64,000 nucleotides of DNA from Vicugna vicugna (Eukaryota), in the NCBI GenBank assembly GCA_013265495.1, contig MU058687.1, forward strand, positions 3,350,001 to 3,414,000, written 5' to 3'. The position numbers and the translations under genes were made by a program. Shown in pieces: positions 22,225 through 36,362 of this stretch. Every line of letters begins with the position of its first letter. Positions within the stretch are counted from its first letter, which is position 1. The notes under the pieces were generated by a model. The model made no database searches. It was given only the letters and a program-made list of their open reading frames with translations, and was not told where the DNA came from.

Positions 22225-24389
22225 GGAAGAGGAGGCTGCAAGCTGAAAAGTCTTGGGATAGGAACGAGCATGGCTTGTTCAGGGACCTGAAAGGAGGCTG
22301 GCATGATGGAGTCGATGGCGGGGTGTGTGGTACAAAATGATGCAGGAGAGGCTTGGGTCTAGAATATGGTGAAGGATTAGGAACAGCTGGTAGGGATATG
22401 CCTTTTATCTTAATAAAATATACCTACATGAAAAATTTCAAGTGTAATTTAAAGCAGAGAGAGTAATATGGTGAACTCTATACCTGGCTCCTAGATCTAA
22501 AATACGTTGCCATAATTCTTTCAGGTATTTATTTATTTTTGCTGAAGAATTTTAAATTATAGAAATCCTGGCATGTCATCTGTAATTTCAGTGTGCATCT
22601 CTAACAACTGACATTTTTCTAAATATTCATGTCATTGTCACAGTGAACAAAATTAACAAGAATTCCTTCACTTCATCGAATTCCTGTGTGTGTTCAGTTG
22701 TTCCCCAAATACCTTGCCTGTTGATCTTCATGTCACACCTGAGCTTTGCACCCATTTCCTCTTTCTAAGGTTAGAGTGAGTCTTACTTCCCTGTATCTTT
22801 CAGAATTTTGTTCTTTGTTCCTTCCCACTCCTGTCTCACACCCAGGCCCATGACCTGAAAAGGGATGAAGAGGAAGGGAAAGGAAGCAGGCTGGCTGGAT
22901 GTTATTCTGCTTGTGGCTTAACTGTTTTTTGTTTTTTTTTTGCCTGTAATTGCCATTCCAGAAATGCCCTCACTCTTCTAGCCACAGAGCAACTGTTGAG
23001 AACAAATTAATTATGATCTTCTCTGTGTGTGTGATTAAGGGGCAGATGGAGGGAAGGGTTCTCTTCAGTTTTTCTGGCAACTAGGTTCCCAAATGGATGC
23101 TTTCCAGACCAAAGAGTGTGCGTCCTGGGCTCTCGTGGGCATCTGGGTTTGTCTCTGTAGTGGCAGGCTTGCTCACTGGCAGGCAGAGTCACAAGTTGTC
23201 AGCAATAATATTATTAATCCCTTAAATTTGCAGAAAATTTGCTGTTTGCTGAGGGCTTGCACACTCACATCAGCTCATTTGTTGGGATTTCAGGAATGCT
23301 GGAACAACTTTCTATGCTTAATACCTCCCTGAATCATTGCTGATGCTTGTAATTCCACCATTAGAGATTAATTCCTTTGGAACAAAACTGCTCCCTATTA
23401 AAATGCAAGTATCTTTGGCAGCTGTGTAGCATGTTTTATTCATTAAGTTTTCTTAGCCACTAGTGTCTGCCTTCCCCAAATGCCCCCTCCTGCAACTTTC
23501 TTTTTAGGATAGCCTTCTCTGAAAGAGAACCTGTGTTTGGAACCTATCCCATTCCATAGAACTCTGTTCTCAGTTAGTTGCTGAAGCTGGAAAAACAGAA
23601 ACTCCTGCCAAGGTGTCACTGACTGATAATAATTTTCTGTGTTATCATCTCTAGGGAGTATTTATATTTTAAGTGGAACTTTCTGGAAACACAGTGCTTA
23701 GTACAAAGGAATTTATACCCCTTCATCCTGTTATGTCGGTGGCTTTGGCCTTAGATCTCCCTTTTATTGGGCTCCCTTATAGAGACAGTTATCCAGTTCA
23801 TGTAACTCAGATTAAGTATTGGCTTGGAGTGTCATTCATTGTGGATCAGGGATAACGTAGAGCTGACCGCACATAACATAAAGTCCATTTTGCAGAAGAA
23901 AGATCAAAATGTAACAAGATCTAGTTGGAATGGGGCTAGAATTAAAATTTTGTTTTTAGAACCCCAGTAACACAGTTGTAGATTTAAAGTTAGAGGACAC
24001 CTTAGAAACAACCTAACTCTGGGAAAGCAAGTGCATTTCATTTGTCAACTCCTGCTGATACGTGGTGATTGTCTGAGTGCAAGGTGGAGAATAAGTGAGT
24101 CTTCACCGGGGCTCTGTGAGTGGGTGCTGTAGTTGATTAGTCATGTGTGATGGGTGCCATGGTAATAGAGAGGGAGGCATGTATGCCACACTTGTAATCC
24201 TGGTTCTCTGCAATCTCTCATTGTACAGATGGGCCAGTTGAGGTCCCAAAATCTGGGATGATTTGTTAAGATTATATAAGTAGGGGCAATAAATTAGGGG
24301 TAGAATTGGCCCAGAATCCAGGCCCCTTGAATTCTGGTTCAAAAACCTTTTCTTTTGAAGTATCCAGATATTTTAAGAAGCATTTTTCA

Positions 24390-24625
24390 CTGTGGTTAAA
24401 GAGCAGGCAGTCTTGGTTTCAGACTGCCTGGGTTCAGGTCATGATTAGCTGTGTGTCCTGAGCCAAGTTGTTTAACCTTTCTGGACCATTGCTTCCTCAT
24501 CTTTGAAATAGGGGATGATAATTCTGCCTACCTTATAGAGTGGTTATGGAATTAAATGAGATAATATGCATATAAAGTGTTTGGACTAGGGCCTAAACAT
24601 ATTAAGTACTTAATATGTGTTATTT
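24390..24625 (+). mobile_element. MIR SINE (near full length)
   Basis: gtggttaaagagc...cagactgcctgggttc...cttcctcatctttgaaatagggg...attaaatgagataatatgc. Confidence 0.8.
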
Positions 24626-27600
24626 AAAATGGTACATTTTATTGCATTGCCCTTCTAGATTATCGTTGGATACAGGCAAGAAATCTTCCCACAGTCACCC
24701 TCTCTGCAGTATCCCACAGAGTTACCCCTCAGATACCTGCTTCTCTTCCTTCCCTATTGAATACTCTGGGATTTTCTGTGTTTGATGTGCTCCTAGAATT
24801 TGTAATTTGATGATGAAAAGACCCACAGTACTAATGACCAAGTGTGAGATGGTGCTAGGTCTATAAATGCCCACGGTTTGGAGCGTCATACTTCACACTC
24901 CACGGAAGTTTGTTTTCTGGGGCATTGACAAAGCCCTGGAGGCCTGGTGGGGTTCCCCAAGGACTAGCTGCCAACTGGGGCCTCTGTGACCATTTTGCCT
25001 GTTCTCTCCTTGGCCAGAATATTGCTATAGCATCTCCCCAGACCATCCCTGCTCCCCTGAGCTGGTGTGTGCTCCCCCACCCTAGCCTAGTTTGCAGACT
25101 GGACATCAATGCCCAGCTGGTACCTGCTCCCTCCCCTCACACCCACCTCTCCCGTGGGCTTAAAAAACTGTGCTGGTGTCCTCTTCATGTCTTAGTCTGG
25201 CCATGTAGGCCCTTGTCAGTGGTCTTTTTGGGTGACCTTGAGGGGGAGGCCTTGAGAACCAGAAGGAGTCCATGTAGTTCTCGATGTCTGGCCTGGGGTG
25301 GTGGGACTTTGAGCTGACTCCTCCAGGATGAATGGTCTGCTCTAGCTTGCTCATTTCCTCATGGAAGCAGTGCCTGGTGGCTCCTCTGGGAGTGCATAGG
25401 GGAAGGGAGCGGCAGTGGTGGGGAGGGCTCTCTGGGTGCTGTGATGGGCGTGTGGCTTCTGTTGAGTGAATAATCTATGATTCCAGTCCTAACTGATTGT
25501 GGGGGAAACACCTCTGCTCTGGATCCTCAAATAGAGGCCTCCTTGGGGTCTGCCTGCCTCTCTGTCCCCGGCAGAGAAATGGGGGAGTGGGGGTTGTGGG
25601 AAGGATGCCATCCTCATTGGAGGATGGTCATGCCATTGTCCCTAACATTTGGAAGCTCTGTCGCTCTGGGCCTCTCACCTTGCGTCATAGCCTAGTTTGT
25701 TTGCAACCTGGTCATGTGTGGGGTGGCTTCCCTGCTTTTTGCTGTCTGGGCGCAGAGCAGAGCAGATGGTCGTAGTCCAGAGCTACAGCATGGGCAGGAG
25801 CCCAGTTTTTTCCAAGGGAGGCTGAGAAAAAAGGAGGATCAAGAGGCACACTGGAGATGGAAGTCTGGCTCTGCCGTTAGTTCTGGGATGGTGGGCGGTA
25901 GTTGCATCATCTGTGAGAGGGGGCAGTGGAGGAGAGGAGAATGAACCAGGCTGGGGCTAGGAAGAAGTGGGGGGAGTGAGGCCTGGGTCCAGGCTGAAGA
26001 GGGTTTTGACAGGTGAGGAGAGAGGGGTGGTGAGGTTGTGGAACTGCTGTGCAAAGGTGGAAGGCAGGTGGGGGATGGTGGAGGACTGATGGTGCAGGAC
26101 TCGGTGGTGGGGGGATAGCGAGCGAGTGGGGAGGGTAGGAGATGAAGTCGGAGTGCACCTGGATTGCATCATGATGGACCTGGTAGGAGTTTGGTGGGGA
26201 CTTTTGGAAGGTTATCACTGAATACTGTTCTCCTTTTCCACTGTGGTCAGTGTCCTGCCCCTTCCTGATCTGCTTCCCTGGGCTGCTCAGTCCTGTGGTC
26301 TTGTCCAGTGTCTGCAGTGACACCTTATTGCCTCCTGGGCACCTTATTGCTCCCCGATCGCAGTTTATTTGTGTGACTGGTGCTTTCCAGGCCCCTGTAT
26401 GTTCATGAATTCGTTCCTAATCTCCATGTTAGCCGGCTTGCTGGAACAGCTCCTGGGAGCCCAGACTCAGCCAGGTGCTGTGACAGCCATGTGGCCTGGC
26501 CCTGGGAAATAGCTGGGGCTAAGCTGAGGGCGAGAGTCAGGAGGTTGTGAGCATGTGGGGAGGGCAAAACTGGGGTCCCATAACAGGTCCTGATCACCTG
26601 GATTTTTCCCTTTTAATTCATGAAGAATGTTTAACAGTGTGTTTGGAGGGGCAGCAGAGTCTAACAGAAATTGATGAGCTTTGGAGCCAGAAGACAATAA
26701 CTCAAACCCTGGATCTGCTGCTTACTGGCTGAGTAACCCCAGCAAGGCCCCTAACTTGCTTGAGCTTCAATTTCCACATCTGTGCAATGGGGAGAATGAT
26801 AGTACCTACTCAAAGGGCTCTTATCTGGGTCCGGTGACATAATGTGTATGACAGTTTTAATGCACTGTGAAGGATTATGTATTTGCTATGGAGGATCATT
26901 ATTACAGAGCGTGTGATGAATGGTATTTTGTTTCCTGAGAACTTATATCATATGCTAGTATAGTGAATCAATAATTCAAATAGAAGCTAATGATTACGGA
27001 GAAGAATATGTGAAAATTATAAATCATGGACCTATTTGTACTTGAATTGTGCTGACAAGTCATTTGGCATCTTAAGTTTGATCTTCATTTTAATATGAAA
27101 TTTTTAACTGAGCCTAAGTGTTAGTGAAACATAAGATGATAGGAAACTCATACGTACTGGGCATTCACAACCTTTATCATCTGTTAATGAGTATTGATAA
27201 ATTGAATGAAGAGAGGAATCTTTTATTTCAAAGACTCAAAGTGGATGTTTAGGTGAAGTGTAATTAAAATATTATAATTGATTTTTAGAAATAAAACAAT
27301 TTCTCTGTTCCCGTGATAGTTACACAACTTAGTGAATATCGTAAAAACTGTTGAATTGTATACTTCAAAATGGTGAATTTTATGGTGTGTGAATTATATC
27401 TCAGTTAAAAAATAGAAAAACTTCATTTATTGAAGCAGTGATTATATTATAAAAAATTTAGAGATTCAGGAAAAAATTACCTATAATTTCACCAATTCAA
27501 ACTCATTATGATTTTGATACGCTGTTGTCTAATCCTTTCCTGTTATATCTATAGTGTTCTATGAATATAATGAACTGGTTTTCTCATTTAACATCTTATC

Positions 27601-27842
27601 CTTAGCATTTTCCATGTTGTTACATAATCTTCATAGTTTTCACTTAAAATGGCTACTTAATATTGCACTGTGTGACTGTTCCATAATTTACTCTTAACTC
27701 TTTTTCTACTTTTAGGATACATCTACATATACGTTTTCCTATTACACTTAGCACTGTGCTAAACATCTCTGTACACAGGGTTTTCCCCTAAGTCCTAGAT
27801 TATTTATTCAGGACGGATTTCCAGAGTGATATGCATGAATCA

Positions 27843-29815
27843 AAACATTGCTGAGAGAAATTAAAGAAGACCAAATAAATGGAGAGATACATCATGTTCA
27901 TGGGTTTGAAGACTCAATATTGTTAAGATGTCTATTCTCCCCAAATAAATCTATAGATTTGTAACATTCCCAGTCAAAATCCCAGCAGGCTTTTTTTTTT
28001 TTTGTAGAAATTGATCAGCTGATTCTAAAATTTATATAAGAATACAGAGGGTTTTGAAGTCAACTCTAGAAAATAACATTGAAAAAAACGAGAACAAAGT
28101 TGAGGACTAATACTATCTGATTTCAAGACTTACTATAAAATTATAGTAATCAAGATAGTGTGGTACTGGTGTAAAGACAGACAAACTGATTTATGGAACA
28201 GGTTAGAGGGCCCGGAAATAGACTCACATGTAATATGAACAATGAACTTTTCACAGTGGTATGAAGGCAATTCAATGTAGAAAGATTTGTCTTTTCAACA
28301 GTGTTGAAACAGATATTTTTATGCAAAATTGAACTTTGATCCATACTTCATACCATATATAAAAATGGATTCCAAATAGATCACACACCCAAATATAAAA
28401 CCTGAAACTAGAACACTTCTAGAAGAAAACATAGGAAAAAATAGTTTTAATTTGGGTTAGGCAAAGATTTCATAGATACAACACCAAAAGCATGATCCAT
28501 AAAGAAAAACGTGGTAAATTTTACTTCATTATAGTAAAAAAGACTTTAAAAATGTTGTTAAGAGAAAGGAAAGACAAGCCACAGACTGGGAGAAGATATT
28601 TGCAAATCATACATCTGATAAAGTGCTTGTATATGGAATATATAACAAATTCCTATAACTGAATAAGAAAACAAACCAGCCACTAAAAATGGACAAAAGA
28701 TTGACATTTCATCAAAGAAGATACAGAGATGAAAAATAAGCACATGAAAGGATTTTCAACATCATTCGTCTTAGGGAAACACAAATTTAAACCATAATGA
28801 AATACTGTTACACATCTATTAGAATGACTAAATGAAAAAGACTTACACCAAGCATTGGGAGGATGTAGAGGAACTCTCATACGCTCTTGGTGGAAATGTA
28901 ATGTGGTACAGCCACTTTAGAAAACAGTTTAATTTCTTAAAAAGTTAAACATATACCTAATATACAATTTGACCATTACATTCCCGAGTATTTACCCATG
29001 AGAAATGAAAGCAATGTTCACACAAAGGTTTGTACATGAGTGTTTATAGGAGCTTTATTTGTACTCCAAAACTGGAAACAACCCGCATGTACATTGGCGA
29101 ATGAATAAAGAAACAAATTATAGTATATTTATGCAATGGAATACTGTTCAGTAAGAAAAAAAGAATAAACTATTGCTACATGCAACAATATGATATATCT
29201 CAGAAAAACTGAGTGGAAAAAACTAGACAAAACAAGAATATGGAAATATGGGCTGTATAAGTCCATTTATATAAAACTCTAGAAATTTCTAGTCTATCCT
29301 GATAGGAACTAGACCAGTGGTTGTCTGGAGATGGGAAGTATGCGGAGAGATGGGGCTGGAATTACAAAGGGACATCACAGCTTTTGGAGGGGAGTAATGG
29401 ATATGTTTACTAGCTTGATTATGGTAATGCATTCATAGGTATATACATATGTCAAAAAGTATCAGGTTGTACATTTGAAATATATGTTGTTTATTGTGTG
29501 AAAATACCTAAATGAGGCTGTTAAAACAAACAATAATAGTAATGGATTATGATTCATTGAAAAATTAGAAATCCATGAGTTCAAACTGATATAAATAAAC
29601 AGATGAATTAATTGAAAGTTTGATAAAGAGCTGGTTATTTATAAAATTTGGAGTACTTCCCCACAAAATGCTTAATTATAAAGAGAAAAGTAACTTTAAG
29701 TGAGGAATTTAGGTGGTTAACCATCTTAATGATGTGATCAAAATTAGTATTGTCTGTAGGGGGAGAAATAAAAACTGTGCACCACCTGGTAGGTTCTGAT
29801 GAAAAGAAAAGAGCC
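27843..29815 (+). mobile_element. Old L1 (L1MC/MD-type) ORF2 3' half and 3' UTR
   Basis: aaaacattgctgagagaaattaaagaagacc...ctcaatattgttaagatg...caagccacagactgggagaagatatttgcaaatc; disrupted by stops and frameshifts. Confidence 0.85.
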
Positions 29816-30185
29816 TATTTATAAATTGTTGGATCTAATTAGCTAACACTTAAATATTTTTATTATTTAGATAACACTTTTAAAAATAGAATTCTTGCAT
29901 CTATGTTCACTATGAATATTGGCTGATAGCTTTTTTCCCTCCTTGTATTCTGCCTGGTTTTGATATTGGAATTATGCTGGTATCATAGAATGAGTTGGGA
30001 GGTATTCTGTCTTCAGTTTTCTGGAAGAGTTTACGTGGAATTGGCAATATTTCTTCCTTAAATGTTTGCTAGAATTTAACTGTGACACCACCTTGGGTCA
30101 GAGTTTCCTTGCCTATTACAAACATAGCCATTCCAGCTTTATTTTAATTGGTGTTGACATGATACATGTTTTTCCTTCCTTTTCC
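29815..30185 (-). mobile_element. Old L1 ORF2 fragments
   Basis: ttgcatctatgttcactatgaatattggc...tcatagaatgagttgggagg...ttcttccttaaatgtttgctagaattta. Confidence 0.7.
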
Positions 30186-30189
30186 ATTT

Positions 30190-33100
30190 TTTAACCATTT
30201 TTTTGTTAAAGTAGAGTTAAATTACAATATTGTGTTATTTTTGAGAGTACAGCAAAGTGATTCAGTTAAACCTTGATGTGTATCTATTCTTTTTCAGAGT
30301 CTTTTTCCATGTAAGTTATTATAAGATATTGAATATAGTTCCCTGTGCTATACGGTAGGTTCTTGTTGTTTATTTTATATATAATAGTGTGTATATATTA
30401 ATCCCAAACTCCTAATTTATTCCTCCCCCAATTTGGTAACCATAAATTTGTTTTCTATGTCTGTGAGTCTATTTCTGTTTTTCAAATAAGTTCATTTGTA
30501 TCATTTTTTAAGATTCCACATATAGGTGATTTCATGATATTGTCTGATTTACTTCACTTACTATGATCATCTCTAGGTCCATCTATGTTGCTACAAATGG
30601 CATTATTTCAGTCTTTTTTATGGCTGAGTAATATTCTATTTTATACACACATATGCATATATACACACACATACTCCACATCTTCTTTATCAGTTCATCT
30701 GTTGATGGATATTTAGTTTGTTTCCATGTCTTGGCTATTGTAAATCGTGCTGCTATGAACATTGGGGTGCATGTATCTTTTCAAATTGGAGTTTTCTGTG
30801 GATATATGTCTGGGAGAGGGATTGCAGGATCATATGGTAACTCTGTTTTTAGTTTTAAGGAAACTCCATACTGTTCTCTGTAGTGGCTACACCAATTTAC
30901 ATTTCCACAAATAGTGTAGGAGGGTTCCTTTTCCTCTGTATCCTCTCTAGCATTTATTATTTATGGAATTTTTGATGACATTTATTCTGATTGGTGTGAG
31001 GGGATGCCTCATTGTAGTTTTGATTTGCATCTTCCTAATAATTGGTGATACTGAGCATCTTTTCATGTGCCTGTTGGCCATCTGTATGTCTTCTTTGGAG
31101 AAATGTCTATTTAGGTCTTCTTCTCATTCTTTGATTGGGTTTTTTTTTTTAAATATTAAGCTGTATGAGCTGTTTATATATTTTGGAAATTAATCCATTA
31201 TTGGTAGCATCATTTGCAAATATTTTCTCCCAGTCTGTAGGTTGTCTTTTTATTTTGTTGATGGTTTCCTTGGCTGTGCAAAAGCTTTTAAGTTTAATTA
31301 GGCCCCATTTGTTTATTTTTGTTTTTATTTCCATTACTGTAGGAGATGGATACAAAAAAATATTGCTGTGATTTATGTCAGAGTGTTCTGCCTATGTTTT
31401 CCTCTAGGAGTTTTAGAGTATCTGGTCTTGCATTTAGGTCTTTAATCTATTTTGAGTTTATTTTTGTATATGGTATTAGAGAACATTCTAATTTCATTCT
31501 TTTACATGTAGCTGAGTAGTTTTCCCAGCACCACTTATTGAAGAGACTGTCTTTTCTCCATTGCATATTCTTGCCTCCTTTGTCATAGATTAATTGACCA
31601 TAAGTGCATGGGTTTATTTCTGGGCTTTCAATCCTGTTCCATTTGATCTGTGTCTGTTTTTGTGCCACTACCATATTGTTTTAATTACTGTATATTTGTA
31701 GTATAGTCTGAAGTCAGAGCGTGTGATTCCTCCAGTTTGTTCTTTTCTTCTCAAGATTGTTTTGGCTATCCAGGGTATTTTGTGTTTCCATAAAAATCTT
31801 AAAAATTTTTGTTCTAGTTCTGTGAAAAATGCCTTTGGTGATTTGATAGGAATTGCTTTGAATCTGTCAATTGCCTTGGATAGTATGGTCATTTTAACAA
31901 TATTGATTCGTTCAGTCCAAGAACATAGTATATCTTTCCATCTGTTTGTGTCATCTTCTGTTTCTTCCTTCAGTGTCTTACAGTTTTCAGAGTACAGGTC
32001 TTTTGCCTCCTTAGGTGGGTTTATCCCTAGGTATTTTATTTTTTTTGGTGCAGTGGTAAATGGGATTGTTTCCTTAATTTCTCTTTCTGATAGTTCATTG
32101 TTAGTATTTAGAAATGCACAGATATCTGTATATTAATTTTGTATCCTGCAGCTTTACTAAATTCATTGATGAGCTCTAGTAGTTTTCTGGTAGTGTATTT
32201 ATGGTTTTATATGTATAGTGTCATGTCATCGGCAAGCAGTGACAGTTTTACTTCTTTTCCAATTTGGATTCCTTTTATTTCTTTTTCTTCTCTGATTGCT
32301 GTGGCTAGGACTTCCAAAACTATGTTGAATAAAAGTGGTGAGAATGGGCATTGTCTTGCTCTGATCCTAGAGAAAATGCTTTCAGCTTTTCACCACTGAG
32401 TACAGTGTTAGCTGTGGCTTTGTCATATATGGCCTTTATTATGTTGAGGTATGTTCCCTCTATGTCCACTTTCTGGAGAGGTTTTAGCATAAATGGATGT
32501 TGAATTTTATCAAAGCTTTTTCTGTATTTATTGAGATGATCATATGGTTTTTATTCTTCAATTTGTTAATCACATTAATTGATCTGTGGATATTAAAAAA
32601 ATCCTTGCATTCCTGGAATAAATCCCACTTAATCATAGCATATGATCCTTTTAATGTATTGTTGGAGTCAGTTTGCTACCATTTTGTTGAGGATTTTTGC
32701 ATCTGTGATCATCAGTAACATTGGCCTGTAATGTTCTTTTTCTGTGGTATCTTTGTTTGGCTTTGGTATCAGGTTGATGCTGGCCTCATACAATAAGTTC
32801 AGAAGTATTTCCTCCTCTGCAGTTTTTTAAAAAAAAATAGTTTCAGAAGGATAGTTGTTAACTCTTCTCTAAATCTTTGGTAGAATTCACCTCTGAAGCC
32901 ATCCAGTCCTGGACTTTCATTTGTCGAGAGTTTTTAAATTACTGATTCAATTTCAGTAGTAGTGATTGGTCTGTTCATATTTTCTATTTCTTCCTAGTTC
33001 AGTCTTGGGAGACTGTACCTCTCTAAGAATTTGTCCATTTCTTCTAGATTACCCATTTTATTGGTGTATGGTTGCTTGAAGTAGTTTCTTTTGATCCTTT

Positions 33101-33545
33101 GTATCTCTGTGGTATCAGTTGTAAACTTCTCCTTTTTCATTTCTGATTTTACTGATTTGGGCCCTCTCCTTTTTCTTTTCTTGATGAGTCTGGAGAAAGG
33201 TTTATCAATTTTGTTTATCTTTTCCAAGTTTCATTGATGTTTTCTTTTCTTTTCTTTTTTAGTCTCTATTGCATTTATTTCTAATCTGGTCTTTATGATT
33301 TCTTTCCTTCTAATAACTTTGGTTTTGTTTGTTTTTCTTTCTCTAGTTGGTTTAGGTCTAAGGTTAGGTTGTTTATTTGAGAGTTTGTTTGTTTATTTGA
33401 GAGTTTGTTTGTTTCCTGAGGTAAGCTTGTATCAGTATAAACTTCCCTCTTAGAACTGTTTTGCTGGGTCCCATAGGTGTTGGGTCATCGTGTTTTCATT
33501 TTCATTTGTCTCTAAGTATTTTTTGATTTCCTCTTTGGTTTCTTG
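30190..33545 (-). mobile_element. Younger 5'-truncated L1 (about 3.35 kb; most of ORF2 plus 3' UTR), pseudogenised
   Basis: Minus-strand ORF fragments are recognisable L1 ORF2p: [20 protein letters not shown] (31149-31355), [11 protein letters not shown]...[10 protein letters not shown] (31447-31674), [15 protein letters not shown] (31668-31892), EKINKIDKP...[18 protein letters not shown] (32994-33227). Multiple frameshifts. Confidence 0.93.
33371..33410 (+). repeat. Perfect 20-bp tandem duplication within L1
   Basis: GTTTATTTGAGAGTTTGTTT x2. Confidence 0.9.
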
Positions 33546-34076
33546 AGCTTTGTTCTGGGACACAGTTAAGTTACTTGGAAACAGTTTGGGTTTTTTTCCA
33601 AGTCTTTCTTTTAATACTTGTTAGATGGGAATGGAGCAGTGTTTAGTTTGGGACATTCCCCATTAGTGAGTCAAGCCCCTTCTGGGTATTATAACACATT
33701 CCTCAAGAATTATGAGATTTTCTGGTCTGGCTGGTGGAAATAGACCCTCTGTGAATGCTGGGTACAGCTAACCTTAGTCTTTCTGAGTTGTTACTTCTCT
33801 GGACTCAGGTAGTTCTCTCATGTGCATGCACTGACTAGTACTCAGTTGAATATGTAAGATGGACCCTCTGCAGATCTTCAGGGCTTTTTCTTTGTACCTC
33901 TCTCTCCTCTCTAGTACTCTGTCCTGTGAACTCCAGCTGCTTTTGTTTTCCTGGACTCTCAGCTCTATTTCCTCAACGTAGGAAGTCTTCTGGGTACTGC
34001 CTGTATTCCCCTCTGTAGGTAGTATTTACCACCATGATACTGGGTGAAATTCCTCACGGGAGTATAGCCAGAATAT

Positions 34077-34618
34077 TGTATTGATCATGTTTTTTATTTT
34101 CTGATGCTTTGACATCTTAGGGCTTTGCTGACACTGGGGAGGGGGTGCTCTCAAGTTTAACTAATTCTAAGAGACAGCAAACAACTCGCCTGTGAGCATG
34201 TGTTTCATAGGGAAACCAATCAACCCAGAGCCTATACCTGCCAACCACCTCTGTTACTAGACTCTTACACTCTAGGCCACTATCCTCTTGTCCTAGTCTC
34301 CCCAGGTCCAGGTACCAAACAACCAGGGACAGCCCCTATGCTCCAAAGCCAAGTGAAATAATTAAAACTAGCCATTCCTAAGCCTTGCCCATTCTTTGCC
34401 ATGGAATCCACAATAAAAGCTCTGCCCACATTTCCCCTTGTTCCCTCTGTCTCCTGACCAGCCCTGGTGTTTCCCTGAGTGGCCCTGCATGGCATGCCAA
34501 CTCTCCTGCTTTTAAGGAATTGTTAGCAAAAACTTCTTTCTTTATGACAGTCTTTCTTTATTTCCATGTCTGTGTGTCTTACCATACCTTGAGACAAATT
34601 CTAGGTACCCTTACAACA
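34077..34618 (+). mobile_element. MER74-like ERVL solo LTR
   Basis: TGTATTGATCATGTTTTTTATTTTCTGATGCTTTGACATC start resembles MER74A; AATAAA 34412-34417; ends GGTACCCTTACAACA. Confidence 0.75.
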
Positions 34619-36362
34619 AGTCTAGAAATGCTGGCTCTAGCTAACTGAAGTGTCTCACCTCATTTAATCTTCACAGCAGCCCTGTGAGGTAGGCACTATT
34701 ATTATCTTTCTTTTATAGATGAACAGACAGAAGTAAACAGAAGTTACATAACTTGCCCAAGGTCACCAGCTCCTGAGTGGTAAAGTTTGGATATAGGCTG
34801 TGGCCATATGATGCTGACCCTGTGTTCTTAACCAGGGTTGACCCAACATGTGGTCTAAAGAGAGACAGAGGACACTCCTAAGAGGTGGAATTAAATTTGT
34901 GGTCAAACTCCTTCAAAACTTTTATAAACTGCAACTTGTTTTTTCCCCCCAAGACATGGTATGTTAATTTCACTTTGTTGCTTAAATGACAACTTAAAGC
35001 AGAGTGACATCCAGAAAAGAACCCTTGGAGGCCATCCTGGCCTGATTTCTCAGGGAGGAAGGAGGAGTTACAATTCCATTTTCATGATGAAAATGGTGTT
35101 ACACATAGATCATAGTACCCTGCAAAACTGGGAAAGAGATTCTGCTGGATTCTGCGCCAGCCTGGTCCAGTCTGCATGGCAGAGTCTTGTCAGCTGGAGT
35201 TTTCTGTTTCCAGAAGATGTTGAAGAGGGGATTATTTTTAAAAAATTCTCCTTTGTTACTGATATAATACATGTTTGTTTCAAGAAATTTGAAAAATATG
35301 GGAAAACCTATAAAGAATACTCTTGTAATCTCACAGCCCAGACATAACACTGTCTACATGTCAGTGCATGTCATTTGGGTCCTGAGTTTTTGACTGGAAG
35401 AATTCGTCAAGGGCTTGTCTGTTTTGGGGTCTGTCTTGATCTTCTCTTTCACTGCCTCTTTCTTCCTGTGTAGGGTACGTATGTGTATTTATCTCATTCG
35501 TCTTTGTCTCACACTCACACCCCTGAACCCCATTGGAGATACTGCTCAGTTCTGATGGGAGCACCACTGATTTAGTCTGGCTTTGGTACCTTTCTGCCAA
35601 ATTTGGGGGCCAAGGCCTCTACTGTTCGGGATTTAGGCATAAGTAAAGGATAGCCCTCCTTGGGCCTTTGCTCCATCCCTCCCAATCAATAATTCATCAG
35701 CACTAAGTTGATCTTATTATCTATTCACTGTCCCCTTCCCAAAGCCCAAACCAAGCTGGCTAATGACAATGCTTTTAATTAATATGAGGGAGATTAAAAC
35801 TCATTACAACAGGGTTATTGGTAATGAGATAATCATAAGGCAAGTTATTGAGCTGGGAGTGAAAATGAAGTTGGAGGAGGGGCAGAGAGCCTGTGCCAGC
35901 TGTTCCTGCCATATTTTGGCAGGAATGGAAGGGGGAGTGGGGACGCTCTGCAGTAAGGATATGCTGCAATGATGTCACACACCCAACCAGCTAGTGAAAC
36001 CAGGTGTTGGGTAAGGATAGGACTCAGGTCCAGGGAGCAAATGAGTGGTCCATGTTAGGGTAGTAGCATGTGTTGAGCAGCCAGTGCTGGTGTATTGAAT
36101 TATGAATATGTAGATTATTACCTGCTGAATAAGGGGCATAAGCCACCTACCTGGGGTCAGCAGGTAGCTCCCTCAGCATCCAAACTCTCACTTTGGGGAA
36201 GTGAAACCCACTGGGTCTTTTGATGGAAAGTCCGGTTTAAATACACCCACACAGAAGAAGTACAGATCCCAGAAGTGAGAGAGCTCAGTGAGCCAGGGGA
36301 AGGGCAGTCCTCCATCCCAGGTCCCCAGCAAGCAGGAATTAGGGGGTATCAAGCACCTATTG

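Noticed and set aside
26321..26350. 11-bp direct repeat CACCTTATTGC x2
   Set aside because: Small local duplication in likely decayed repeat sequence; no sign of function.
27843..30185. Opposite-orientation L1 segments suggesting a twin-primed (5'-inverted) insertion
   Set aside because: The segments converge tail-to-tail, the wrong geometry for twin priming; two independent old insertions are more likely.
30190..33545. Possible active L1 or domesticated reverse transcriptase gene
   Set aside because: 5'-truncated, with ORF2 broken into many short frames.
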